DNA of 49,833 nucleotides, counting the filler, from Sphacelaria rigidula (Eukaryota), in the NCBI GenBank assembly GCA_964200075.2. It is 3 parts of 3 records of this genome, joined end to end, with 100 filler letters (N's around TTAATTAATTAA, not from the genome) between each part and the next. Parts side by side here need not be neighbours in the genome. Positions count along the whole stretch, not along the records: positions 33,294 to 49,833 come from CAXNAA020001320.1; 2 more parts are not named here. One strand, written 5' to 3'. The notes beneath the pieces are model-generated. The model was not told the origin of the DNA. It searched no databases and worked only from the letters and a program-made list of their open reading frames with translations. Numbering within the stretch: the first letter of the stretch is position 1; every line of letters begins with the position of its first letter. The position numbers and the translations under genes were made by a program. Of this stretch, positions 49,101-49,833 are shown one piece after another.

Positions 49101-49159
49101 CCCATCGACCTGTCGAAGCCACCCCTTCTAGGCCCAGATCCAGTCCCTTTGTTGGACTC
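46107..49159 (-). CDS. Hypothetical protein, 3' part (at least 3 exons; start probably upstream of or beyond the window end)
   Basis: Large terminal exon 47270-46107 (ctaccag|KWVQYPPLPEK..., extending the 374-aa ORF), exon 48763-48582 (GTWAGSVEYDGARDIAWVLAEVLRMY..., gtgagt donor) and probable exon 49159-48976. Phases are compatible (1,0). The C-terminus is acidic and low-complexity; no family recognised. Confidence 0.65.
48918..48945 (+). repeat. (GCA)9 microsatellite, intronic
   Basis: Directly visible; lies in the predicted 48764-48975 intron. Confidence 0.9.
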
Positions 49160-49833
49160 CTGCGAAGATTTGTGTGTTTGTGAAGTTTTTCGATCAGCCA
49201 TCCTCAAAAATAGGTGACATAGCGCCATTGAAATCCCGTCTTTTGGTAGAACTAGGATCGCAAATAATTTTGTAACCACTGTCTATTCTCGTTTACAGGT
49301 TGTTTTTTCCCTTCCATAGCGTGTTTTCGTTTTTTTCCACCTCGGGCACGTCTGTTTCATGATCACGGCCGACTTACTCGGGGATAATTTTATGTGGGAC
49401 AATCCATCTATAAATCAATGAATCAACCGATGAATCAAAAACAGTTTTGACTTGTTTTCCAACTATATTGTTGTTGATCGCCGTATGGACTGAAGGTTGT
49501 ACAAGGCGTTGCTGTGCTACAGTGGTCGCCCATAAGTTACACCAAATTTTATTCGAAATTCATATGAGTATTCACTTCATAACGCTCTACGAGTATATTC
49601 CCGCTGACAGCTCGTACCCTTAGTAAAAGCCTGCTTTTGCCTTTGGTCCCTCCGGGTCATGCTGTCCTGTCGACCCATCGCGTGTTGCATGGATTAACAG
49701 TACTGGGCGAGAAAAGCCAGGGATTCTGTATGTTTTCGGAGGGAAAGCCAACTCTTCAATAAACAGTCGATTTTAAATTTTGGGGCTCATACAAAATATG
49801 GGGTTGAAGTGGCATATCTCTCTTGCACGAAAG

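Noticed and set aside
48820..49122. Alternative reading frame with poly-Leu, and poly-Ala/poly-Ser in the overlapping ORFs
   Set aside because: The homopolymers come from an intronic (GCA)9 microsatellite, and the splice phase favours the other frame.

Overview
Eukaryotic, intron-rich, repeat-rich genomic DNA, most consistent with a brown alga (stramenopile) draft assembly; the taxon is inferred from gene style and repeat content. Most ORF-track entries are spurious. Manual splicing gives four host genes: (1) a complete 6-exon minus-strand ATP6AP2/(pro)renin-receptor-like V-ATPase accessory protein (8376->1475, 409 aa); (2) head-to-head with it, a complete 4-exon TMEM14/FAX membrane protein (8702->13483, 114 aa) that the ORF track misses; (3) the last two exons of a VTI1-like Qb-SNARE (39630-41558); (4) the last three exons of an unknown minus-strand protein (49159->46107). 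The rest is a graveyard of transposable elements: two decayed Ty1/copia elements, an RTE-like LINE remnant, an internally deleted plant-type mariner, at least three tRNA-derived SINE families, many MITEs, long inverted and tandem duplications, and three assembly gaps (two with a TTAATTAATTAA linker). I found no convincing new multi-gene system. The most unusual signals are a family of ~45-60 bp micro-elements sitting in G-tracts, a ~410 bp inverted duplication with a nested TTAA-type MITE whose empty site is also in the window, and a mini-MITE carrying telomere-like repeats.
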